Positions 12,647 through 24,014 of a DNA stretch of 47,996 nt are shown in pieces. The translations under genes and the position numbers were made by a program. This DNA comes from Trichoplax sp. H2 (lineage: Eukaryota). The stretch's first letter is position 1; each line of letters begins with the position of its first letter. The stretch lies in NCBI GenBank assembly GCA_003344405.1, contig NOWV01000225.1:62001-109996 (forward strand), written 5' to 3'. The notes under the pieces are model-generated. The model did not search any database and had not been told where the DNA came from. It saw nothing but the letters and a program-made list of their open reading frames with translations.

Positions 12647-13877
12647 TCTGTGTTAATAGCAAGTTACTTGCAACATTATATCTAACAGTCAATATCAAGT
12701 AGAATTACATCACAATATAATTAATTTAGATACATTTTAAATAGACTGTGTTGCATAGCATAGCAGGCCATCATTACCTTTACAGATGAAATAAAGAATT
12801 GTATACAGGATTAAGTAAGAACATCACTGTACAGCAAACTCTTGTAGTTATATGAGGTAAACATAGCTTAATATATAAATAGAGGTTAGATAAATTTACT
12901 ATTTTACAGATGGTATCAGCACAACATACTCTATAGCAAAAATATCAATCATTCGAGTAAGGTTGTCTTGACAGAAAGTTTCCGTTAATTTACGAATTTT
13001 ACGGTTGATTTATATTCCATAAGCTTACTAATTTACAGATGATTGTATCAAAAATATCATAATCATTCGAGTAAGGTTGTCTTTACAGGATGTTTCAGTT
13101 AATTTACATTATACCAAGGAAGTAGTTAATATCAATTCATCTATCCTCTTATTTGCAAAGGTAATATGATTCATGATATGTAGTAATCTTTTGGACACAT
13201 GGACGATTTGAAAGTATTTTAAATCTTTTAGATACATAGACGATTTTAAAGTATACTAAACGGATGAATAAAATTTGGTTATACTGTACGTCCATTGACA
13301 ACCCATTTATCATACCTTTTATTTGCAAAGCTTGTATGAATGATGGATAAAGCAAACTTCTTGATGCTTCGGTGATTATTAAATATATAATNNNNNNNNN
13401 NNNNNNNNNNNTCTGTGTTAATAGCAAGTTACTTGCAACATTATATCTAACAGTCAATATCAAGTAGAATTACATCACAATATAATTAATTTAGATACAT
13501 TTTAAATAGACTGTGTTGCATAGCATAGCAGGCCATCATTACCTTTACAGATGAAATAAAGAATTGTATACAGGATTAAGTACGAACATCACTGTACAGC
13601 AAACTCTTGTAGTTATAGGAGGTAAACTATCCTCTTATTTGCAAAGGTAATATGATTCATGATGTGTAGTAATCTTTTGGACACATGGACGATTTGAAAG
13701 TATTTTAAATCTTTTAGACACATAGACGATTTTAAAGTATACTAAACGGATGAATAAAATTTGGTTATACTGTACGTCCATTGACAACCCATTTATCATA
13801 CCTTTTATTTGCAAAGCTTGTATGAATGATGGATAAAGCAAACTTCTTGATGCTTCGGTGATTATTAAATATATAAT
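12647..13877. repeat. Near-identical duplication flanking the assembly gap
   Basis: 12647-12862 matches 13412-13627 and 13141-13391 matches 13627-13877 with only a few substitutions; the right copy lacks ~279 bp (12863-13141). Confidence 0.92.
13392..13411. other. Assembly gap (20 N)
   Basis: Run of n characters. Confidence 1.
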
Positions 13878-14085
13878 TTAAGGATGTGTAGAGTATGGTT
13901 CAATATCTGCAATCAATTCATCATACCGTTTATTTGTAAAAGCGGTATGAATAACGGTGACATAGTGCATACTTCTTGATACTTCAACGATTATAAATAC
14001 GTCAACGATAACAAATGGATCGAGTTTGGTTGTACTTGTATATCTACAATCAATTCAGCATATTGAATTTGGCATGTAAAGCTTG
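13627..14085 (+). pseudogene. Degenerate ~125-170 bp tandem repeats, possibly a decayed repeat-protein gene
   Basis: Recurring 'tcaattcatcatacc...ttatttgcaaag...atgaat...acttcttgat' units; conceptual translation gives a recurring 'ICK..M.DG...F.DY....NG..EFG' pattern broken by stops and frameshifts. Confidence 0.3.
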
Positions 14086-14086
14086 G

Positions 14087-14455
14087 TTATGCATCTGCAA
14101 CCAAATCACTTTCGGATTCTTCTTCATCGGAACTCATGTTATGCGTATCCAGTGCAGGGAGTAAACCATGTAACGGCTTTTGATTTACCATTGTAGGATC
14201 ATCATCATAAGATGGAGCCATTGTTGCATTAGAGCACGATTTAGGATCTACCAGTGTCGGCCGATAATTTGCATTGGAGATGGAGCTAGTCTCAACATCG
14301 TCACTGCCAAGTTGCTTTTTGCTGGTTATTATCATTTCTAACAAAGACAATTCTTCAGTTTTTAACTTTTGTAATTGTGCTTTCAGTTTTATCTGAAGTT
14401 CGAGCAATAGTTTTTCCTCTTCTTTTAGCGTTTCAAGTAACGCTGTTTGTTCCAT
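14087..14455 (-). CDS. SNAPC5: snRNA-activating protein complex subunit 5 (SNAP19)-like, single exon
   Basis: N-terminal coiled coil 'LETLKEEEKLLLELQIKLKAQLQKLKTEELSLLEMI' matches the SNAPC5 pattern (LQELRKEEETLLRLKAALHDQLNRLKVEELAL); acidic C-terminus SSDEEESESD. Confidence 0.85.
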   Translation of the reverse strand: MEQTALLETLKEEEKLLLELQIKLKAQLQKLKTEELSLLEMIITSKKQLGSDDVETSSISNANYRPTLVDPKSCSNATMAPSYDDDPTMVNQKPLHGLLPALDTHNMSSDEEESESDLVADA

Positions 14456-14765
14456 GGTTGATAGTTTTTATTTCAATAGTAAGATAGAAACTTCTAGCGT
14501 TTCCAGTTAATTATTGAGGCTATTCATTACCTAATCAGTACTTTAAACAATTATTGCTAATGATTTACACGGGGCTTAACAGCGACTAAAGCATAGAGGT
14601 AAATTTCTTCTACTTCTGTGGACTACTGTCAATCTGCCATTGACAATCACTAGTAATCCGCTGTTGTATCTAGTACTAGGCTTTATATGCCAGTGGTGTC
14701 CGTACTGTGCGTTGCATATACAGTACAGTAAATATGTACAGTAGACAGCCATGATAGGAGTACGG

Positions 14766-14773
14766 TATAAAAG
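14766..14773 (+). promoter_or_regulatory. Candidate TATA box in the SNAPC5/FXN divergent promoter
   Basis: TATAAAAG ~220 bp upstream of the frataxin ATG, just after a TACAG cluster. Confidence 0.3.
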
Positions 14774-14991
14774 AGCTAAATTGTTGTTCTAACAGTAGAT
14801 CGCAGTGAAGAAATCTTGCTATTGCCAAGACTCTGACTCATGTTTCAGTATACTCTATTTGCTACCGATAATTAATAGACATACTGTAGTAGTAGCTATA
14901 AATCAAATCCACTTGTTACTTGTTAGCTCCACCGCACAGCAACTGCAAGTCACGTAAAACTCGAGGAGATTTTCAATCAATTGCAATTCCA

Positions 14992-16875
14992 ATGGTGTAT
15001 GCTCAAGCGATGATGGCAAACATTAGAACTTGTTTGTCATTACGAACATGTTTGCTTCGATTTGCGCCAGCTAACCAAGTCTTAGCCTTGAAAGTTAGAA
15101 GCTTTTCTTCTAGTAATGGCTGCTGTACTAAAAGAAGGCACCCTCAGGTTAGTTTACAAACATCCAATGTGTCTGCTGATAATTAATTTACAGTACTGCA
15201 AAGATGCTGCAGGACATTTTACTTGTCATACTCTGTATTATACTCTAATTTGCCACTTGTCTAATCTTTCTCTTACAACATCCGATTTCACAGTATGTAC
15301 TGCATAGCCTGATAGCTCAATCTATATTGATAGGGATAGAATGCTGTAATGTAATGATTGTAATGATTAAAAATACTCACAGATTCTGCACTTTACTTAT
15401 CGTCGTAGCTACATCTGTCGATGGCTTACCATCAATATTTGAGTTCCTATGTGAAATCTCTTGATATAACGTTAGCATGCCACAGATAATACAGTATTAC
15501 ATTGCAGTATCATGATACGATGCTTGATTTGCAACATGCTACAGTACTAATAACGATAAATCAGCCAGAATGAATAGTTTTATGCTAATACACAAAGTAA
15601 CCTCTTATTTTTAAATGTTGATTAACGTAGGATTTACGAAGGTCACTTTCTTTATCCGTGAAATCTTGGCCCCTTCAAGCTACTCTATTAATGCGATCAT
15701 GCTCAAGTTCTACGTAAGCTACAGATGTTTACGTACTTTATCCTACAGCATTCGTATTTTGATGGTTTGGATTAGTTTCTACTCTAACGTAAATGGGCAA
15801 TACGGCATCGCGTGATGAGAGTGTTTTACAGTGCTATATTTGCATCATGCTGAAAATAGAAATCGTACTTGTGCGTTGGCTGCTCGGTTTGCATTAGAAT
15901 TTTACATGTTGAACGCCTATTTCTCTGAATGTAGCTAGTTCGTCCCTTAACCTTTCGTATCATCACAGAGTGCTATCTAGAAAGCAAGTGAAAAATCGAC
16001 AGTACTTGCACGTCATAGTACAGCATGTAGGCTGCTAAATCTCGTATCTGGTTTATTGATACATCATGAAATGCGTTTTATGATATGTAGCTAGCGTTGC
16101 AGTCAGCGCCAGGCCCTAAGAATATTGTACGAATTATTACATTATCAATATCTTTAATATATTTATAGGTCCGAATTGGACGCTCTCCAATATAACAAAA
16201 TTGCGGATGAAACTCTAGAGAATTTAACAGAATTTTTTGAAAACTTAAATGACCAAGAAATATTATCTGATGATTACGACGCCAGCCTCGCAGTAAGATA
16301 GAAAGATACTTTAAGATACAGATCGTTTGACAAAAAATCTAATACTTACATATCATTGTGTATACAATTTTCAAATAGTCAGGTGTTCTTACTATCCACT
16401 TAGGAGGTAAGTGTTATATACGATGGTTAGATGATAATTAATCAGCGATACCATCATTAATAATAGTTTACTGTGGTATGGTCTTAAAAATTCAGTACAA
16501 TATGCTAACAGACGATGATAAGATTAACACATTACTAATGGACGTGGATACTGTTCTAGACAACCTTGGAACTTATGTTATCAATAAGCAAGTTCCTAAT
16601 AAGCAAATTTGGCTGTCTTCACCATTAAGGTGGGGTACTTTAATTATTCATTTACTATGTCACATTGACACAGCTAACCAGTGTTACGTTCAATTAACGA
16701 TCTTTCTCATATATGTCGTGCACTGTTACAATAAAGTGGCCCAAAAAGATATGATTACCTCGATGGAAAATGGGTTTATTCTCGCAATAACGGGATATTA
16801 CATGATTTACTATCTGAAGAACTAACTAAACTTTTGATGATGGATATTGACCTTAACCACCTAAAGGTTGTGTAA
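14992..16875 (+). CDS. FXN: Frataxin, mitochondrial precursor, 6 exons
   Basis: Exons 14992-15147, 15631-15713, 16169-16292, 16379-16406, 16560-16629, 16737-16875 are phase-consistent. Arg/Ser/Leu-rich presequence, then 'YNKIADETLENLTEFFE..SGVLTIHLG.NLGTYVINKQVPNKQIWLSSPLSGPKRYDY...W.Y...LHDLLSEEL'. Confidence 0.96.
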
Positions 16876-18484
16876 TACAAATGAAAAATTACGTAATGTC
16901 TTCATGCTAATTATTTGCTATCGTATTACGAATGGTAGTATTGATGGTCACTACTGTATAGAGTATAACACAACAGAATAGGAAGATACAAAAATATTGA
17001 AGATGGTCAATGAAATTCTCTACAGTTTTATGATTAGTAAATCCAACTTGTACATATCAATATGGCTAGTGTCACAGTATTTTTTGATCATTGCTGAAGA
17101 TTATTTCAAGTACTATACACTATATCAAACGGTATTCAAGTGCCCACCACCAGTAGTTAAACTATGGCTTCATGCTTTGTACCATTGATGGTATTGTTAT
17201 AATGTAAGTATATCGCATTATCTTACATATCTAACGAAATCAATTGAAATAATCAGTATTAGTACCCTAATTCAAGTTGAGTTTTTGACTATCTCTACTA
17301 TTTCCTCAGATGAAACGGCTATCAATTGCTTTGCATCGTACGTAAAATCTTGAAATCGCAATATTATTTTTAATTAATACAATCACCTTTGAAAATCCTA
17401 TTTATATCAAACTAATGTCCTCTATTTTTATCTAGCGCAACTATTGTATTTCTGTATATACGTCTATTGGCATAGATTAAAAATATGTAGTACATCTACT
17501 GCATATGTTCAATAAAGTGTATGATTAAATAACATTGCGAATCTAGGCTGACGTTAGCCGTCCGCGTCATAAATCATAGCGAGAAACTGCGCTCATTGAC
17601 TTGACCACTTACGGATGGATACGTACATTAAGAAAATGACTTAAGTTGAGAAATTTGACATCATTTATTCAAAATTCTCCTACTAGCACTTTATAAATAT
17701 ATAGAAGAATTGGCAGGAGATTTAGCAGATAAGCAATCGCAATATAAATCAACAATTATTTCGTTTGTAGTTTCGAAAATAGTGCAGAGACATTTCATAA
17801 TCCTGAAAAGAGTGTATCGTTCTTGCGCCAAGACGCTGAAGTTGTGGAATAACTTGTATATAATACATAGTATACATATGATACATACATTCCACATAAA
17901 ATGATGTTTGTAAATGAGTACAATCGTATACAATATATTCATATACATCATGAATAATATCTTTTCATCTTATTAGAAATATTTAAATTTTGAATATATC
18001 TGAGATAAACACAGTATCATACATGCTTTAATGCAATACTTCGATAATTAGTACATGGGCATATTGTACACTGTACATGTGTATAATTGTATATGCATAT
18101 TTCAGTAACACAAATATTCGTTCTACACAGTAATACCGTTGCATCAACGTTAATAATTACATTTGATTTGCAAATCAACAATTTAAAGATGTTTCGCTAT
18201 CAATCCTTTTTAAATACTATCATAAAGGTAGTTAATGTAATAAAATTTTTATCAATAGTATGCAAGAGTCAACACTTAACGAGGTATAACAGGTACTAAA
18301 ACGGTAGTTGCCAATAATTTGTAATTATTGTTAATGTAGCAAATCATTCTAATGTCTTCGAGTAGTGTCTTCTGTGATCCAGAATCTATCCAATATATGA
18401 ATATTTAGAAATATTAGTACTGTAATCAAATTTATTTATGACGATTAAACAGTAGATGCATTGTGAATTTTAGAGCGACTTACA

Positions 18485-21400
18485 TTAATTTTTAGCCGTC
18501 ATAATGCTCGGGTGAGACGACATCGGGAATAGAAATAGTGATGTTATCATAGATGTTAGCACTAGTAAGCCGAAAAATCCGGACCAACCGAAAACTTTTA
18601 TCGCGACGGCCCCATAATAATCAAATAGTACTGCAAAAAGATATCCAAATGCTTCTAATACAGCTATTAGAGTTCCACAATGTCTAAAGGTACAATAGAG
18701 AACAATAAATATGAATTTTTAGGCATAAAGTATATAGTAAGTTTATGATATGACCGAAACTGAACTAGTATTGCACTGTACAAGATATTGATATAAAATT
18801 TAGATTTCATACAATTAATTTTCAATAAATTTTAAGATCATAATTATGTAATTGTCATTTTTGTACAGGATCGTATATGAGAGCCGATACTCTTGTATTC
18901 AATAAGGACTATTAAGCATTTCAAAATCTTGCATTATAGTAAGATTTTATTGATTAGAACTAAGCGTTACCTTTGGCCAACATGTACCATCATGAAGACG
19001 CCAGTCGGAAGATGGAAGATTATTGCTAGGGCAAAGCCATACACGAACAGTATAAAAATAATATGAGATGACGTCAAGACAGGCAATAATCCTAAATTTG
19101 ACGCAATATAGTGTTATAATCATGTCAGTGTATTGTGAATAAATATTTGGTTACAACTAAATTTAAAATTAGAAAGCTATGATAAAATAAATAAGATCTT
19201 AAGGGTCATTAGAACTCAATCATTTCCTATATATTAACAAGCATTGGCAGATAGTAATAAGACAAAAATTTCGATTGCTTTCAAGTCAAAGTCGTTAAAA
19301 AGAATACTTTTGTACTAGATATGACATCGAGATTCATCAGTTGACATTCTATACATAAAGCAATCTACTGTACTGCTTTGCTACATTTACAGTACAGTAT
19401 AATAGAAATATGGCATGGCTTGCTTTTGCAGAAATCTAGTTCGCATGCTTTACTTACTCCATATTAATACTAAACATGCCGTGCATATAAACATGCACCC
19501 ATTGAGAAAAATAGTGATATTTTTCCTGCATAGTTTATCATATAAGAAACTGCCAAGCATGACGCCACAAATTGTTCCAATCTGAAAGATAGTTGAAGCA
19601 TAGACCGCAAATCCCACTTCCAATTTCATATACAAATGCAGGAAAAGAGGTAAAAAACTTTGAAGTTCCATTAAAATAGTCGTCCCGGCAACATACATGG
19701 ACATAAGCCAAATTACGCTATAAAAGTGTAACAGGAGTGAATGAAAAAAGTTAAATTACACGCAGTTAGGGTCAATTGTGTAGTAGTAGAATACTGTAAA
19801 GCTTAGAATATGACCTACGTATAATACTGTAGTTAGGACCTCGAAGTCTACTGCACTTAATTCGGTTAACGACTTATTTTAACTGAACATTGCAAATAAT
19901 TACCGATCCTTGGCCATAGTTATTAGATCCCACTCAATTTCATTCTGCGAATCTACGTGTTCATCACCATCATCACCTTGGCTAGCCTTGCTCATCTATT
20001 ACATATTATAAATGCAGTTTTAATGAAGCCATAGATAATATAGTAGTAATACAGTAGTAAGTATGATACAATACGTACAGGACATCGCCTCAGTGATAAT
20101 TATAATTGACTATCCTAAATTCAGCCAAGCAAACACACGATACGTAATACAGTTAAGTAGCTATGAAGGGGAATGACTTTGCCCTTTATGTGCTTTGTGC
20201 TTGTTTGCTAGATCGATTTCGATAACATAATCTAAATATACTGCTCCATATACTGCTAATAATTTTACAAGTTTATTACCTTGGTAGGATCTGGTAGTCC
20301 TAGCTGCTTAGGCGATCTCTTAACGAGGAGCAATGCCGAAGCGAATACCAGGATTAGAATCAGGCCCATTATAAAATCGATCTTTCTCCAATAAGTATGA
20401 CGTCGTAATAATTCCGCAACAAGGAGACTGCTAACTAAACAACCGATCCGTACAGAAAAAGCTATCATACCATTTAGTTCACCATAGCGTTCAGGAGAAA
20501 ACCATGTAGCCATCGTTTTAGCTACGGACGGCCAATTTGAAGAGATGAATAATTTATTTATGCACCAGCAGAATGTTAGAGTGGTAACGCTATTGCTTAA
20601 TCCTATAAATATTGTAAATGCACTACTAATTCCAAGGGACAAGAGGAATACAAATCTGCCACTCAGTTTATCAACACTATATCCTGCAAGGCATTTGCCC
20701 AAGAAGTAAAAAAAATTTCCTGGAAGAAATTGCAAAATTGAATCGATTTTAATTCAATTTGTTAGATTCTTTTTGATGTATTAATTTAGGATTGTATGGA
20801 TTACTAAATTATATATATTCTCCAAAAAATGAATTTACGAATTCATGACTGTAGTAGCTACGTGTACAGGAACGTAACAACGGCAAGTTTATAACTGTTT
20901 CTGGTATAGCAAATTGTGATTATCGGATTACAACTGCAAGCGTACGTATGTTGTAGGCTAAGCAGGGGAATAAGGTGTAAAAACGTACACGTATTGTGGA
21001 CGCAATGGGTGCTACAGTACTCCATTTTGGTAATTTAGTATTTTTTTAAAGTAATTATAGCTAGCGTGGGTCCTGTGGAAATTTCTCGGTTTCTTTCATA
21101 GGGTTTGTAAAGAAGAATTATAATAAGATAATCGTAAAAAATGTATATAAAATCTATATCAACAACCATCGATTAACGCTATTTTGAGCGTCTTGCAGAC
21201 GATAGCATCATAAATTTATACAGTTTCTCTAATGATCCATTGAAAATTTTGTAACGATAACAGTCAACAGAATTAAAGAACTTTAGGGAAATGCTGAACA
21301 GTGAGTGCTGCATTGTAGTCAATCATTGAGTGAAGGATTCAATGAACACAGCACAAATGCCATCTAAATGTTTAATTTAATGTAACAATGAAACAAGATG

Positions 21401-22529
21401 AAAGAAGATTTTATGGTATAGTATACGTAATTATATTAGTACTGTAATTCGGAAAGTAGAGCGGGCAAGTTGATGGATTCTGATCAAAGTGGGCGATAAT
21501 TAAGACGTACATCTTCGTATATTCAACAACACTTCATCAAGTAATATACATTATAATATTTTGGTATGCTCATAGCATTATATTATACGAGATTACATAG
21601 AACACGGTCACATAGAATATGGACTTAGGTTTGTTTGATGATTAATTATTTGAATTATGCATATATAATTGCACATATTTAATCAGAGTAGAAAGATCTA
21701 TTAATAAAATCGAAATGGAATACCTATTTGCGGTTCAAAGAGCTGAAAAAATATTATGAAACTGCTTTACTGTATGGGTCGATACCTCTGATCTGCAGTA
21801 TTTTTCAACTTTAGAAAGCATACAATTTCAAAGTATGCAACTGTAATCGTACAGAGGTATTTTATTTGAGCATCGTATAACAATATACAGTACTCAGGAT
21901 TAGATTCAATTCGAGTAATTAATTAATCTTATGTTGAATAGGAGGTAGAAGCTTAGGGCTGTCAATAACAAGTTGATTTTTGGAATGAAGTGAAAATTGA
22001 TTTATATATATGCTTTATGTTATTCCATGATCAACATACGGACATGTTTATTTTAGCATCTACAGTACGACAATGATCGGTACTGCAAACAGGGAACAAG
22101 TTGATTATAAATATAATTATTACAGGAGGCCAAGATTAACTACTTCCATGTCTGATTGTCTGTATGCTTAAGACTAATATACAGTATGATTGGCAATTCT
22201 ATTTTGAAAACTTGAATTGATTTTACAGTACTTTAACTAGATTAATTTGGAAGGCAATATATGCAAGTTTGAATACGAAAGAGGTAAATATGAAGAAAGA
22301 AATGATCTCAATGGCCTGTTTGTATCCTGTACTTACCCCATGCTAATAGTGTACCAATTCCAACTTGATTCAATTTGGAAGCGACAAATGTTGGATCTTC
22401 TGCAACAGCAGGGAGTAGACTCTCTATACCTTGTCGTGCTGATTGAATCGTTACTATTCCTGAAATCAAACCATACCATACTTGGCGCTGATAGAATTTC
22501 AATTTCTGAACATTATTATCAGACTCCAT
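18485..22529 (-). CDS. MFS transporter, GlpT/UhpC/SLC37-like (paralog A), 6 exons, 434 aa
   Basis: Exons 22337-22529, 20280-20719, 19904-19995, 19458-19717, 18971-19091, 18485-18683, phase-consistent. MFS motif A 'GYSVDKLSGR' and 'GSFLYDKL'; OPA-like 'WPSVAKTMATWFSPERYG'. Confidence 0.9.
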
Positions 22530-23183
22530 AAGATGACCGTGGCATCTGTACTTTTACAAAGGATTTTTTTTCAATGAATTCAATAATTTCAATTGACGAA
22601 GAGTACTGGTACACTGCTATTGAGCTTGCTCCATTTTATCCCTTCTGCATTCTCGACAGTACTCTCTATCCTGCAGGATTACAAACTATAACTACAAATT
22701 GGATTACAAGTCAAGAATTGAATACTTAGAGTGAAATTAGCAAATGGAACATAGTGGCGAAAATCTATTTGTCCACTTCGTCGACGCCATTGAACCTCCT
22801 TGCTTTCCTTTCCTCTAAGAAATGACTAGAAGCGATTGACGTAAGTCACAGCCAACCGTTGTGACTGCGTATTGGGTACGTGGTACTACGGTACGTCCAT
22901 CCCGGGTACGTACACCCCTGGTACGTACGTACAGTACTGTACACACCGTACCGGAAAAGGTATTTTGAGTACTGTGTCGCACGCCGGTGAAGTACAGAAA
23001 CGTCAACATCATTAGCGGTCATCACTACTCAGTACCAATTCACTAGTCACTGAGTAGAGCTAGTAGCAGCCAATCATGGACTACTACTGTACACTGTACA
23101 ATGAGTTGGACATCTGTAGTCCGTGAGCTAATATTATTTATTAATTAATTAAAAGGTTATACGGCATGACTCGAAACCTGAGT

Positions 23184-23482
23184 TGACAGACGCGACAGAC
23201 GTGCAAATGACTTCTTGTCTCGGCATTGTGTCAAACATGATGTGACAATTTACAGTCAATAGTATTGTAGTAAGCTGAAGGCGCATACTGTACAAATGTT
23301 AGTACTGCCCATACAGTACTGTACACTGTACTGTACAGTAAATTACGTTGGCTACCCTGGTGTGGTCTACTGACAGATGCGACAGACGTGCAAATGACTT
23401 CGTGTCTCGACATTGTGTCAAACATTGATGTGACGATTTACAGTAAATAGTACTGTAGTAAGCTGAAGACGCATACTGTACA
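23184..23482. repeat. ~111-bp direct repeat (2 copies) between the two MFS genes
   Basis: 23184-23294 and 23371-23482 share 'tgacaga.gcgacagacgtgcaaatgacttc...agctgaag.cgcatactgtaca' with few mismatches. Confidence 0.92.
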
Positions 23483-24014
23483 GTGTACAGGTGCACATAG
23501 TTTCATTCATCTCTCTCGATTGCACTAGACTCACTGAACAATGCAGATCAAGGGTCTCTACACGTGGACACCACACACAAAATGGGGGAAATAGCGGGCC
23601 CTACTGCACACCGAGTATCAAACAGACTGAAGCTATACTGAAATAATGATACTTTGCGTTTTCTACCAAAGTCTGCCACTGTGGCACAGAGGCTGCTGCC
23701 ATCCATATTCAATTATTCATTATTAACTAATTATTATGAATTCATTCTATGTATGTTTATACATTAATTTATACAGTATATCCTATTATCATAATAGGAT
23801 GGTTATAGCATAGACAATCATACGGTATAATAATACACTGTATGTCTGATCAATGCTCAAGGGCACGTCAGCAACTTCGTCTTCATTCAGCCTTGTATGA
23901 CTGTGGCAGCGTCAGATGCACAACAGATTGAAGTCAATCAAGTTATCGCCGCCACAGTCAGTGTCATTTATTTTCTATTTTTATACTGTAGTAGTATTTG
24001 CCAAAGAAATCAAA

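Noticed and set aside
13149..13841. Duplicated minus-strand ORFs (104 and 68 aa)
   Set aside because: They arise from the gap-flanking duplication, one spans the Ns, and neither has a recognisable domain.
23184..23496. Repeat-spacer pattern and small ORFs resembling a CRISPR array or peptide genes
   Set aside because: Only two long copies, eukaryotic context, no cas genes; the ORFs just follow the repeat.
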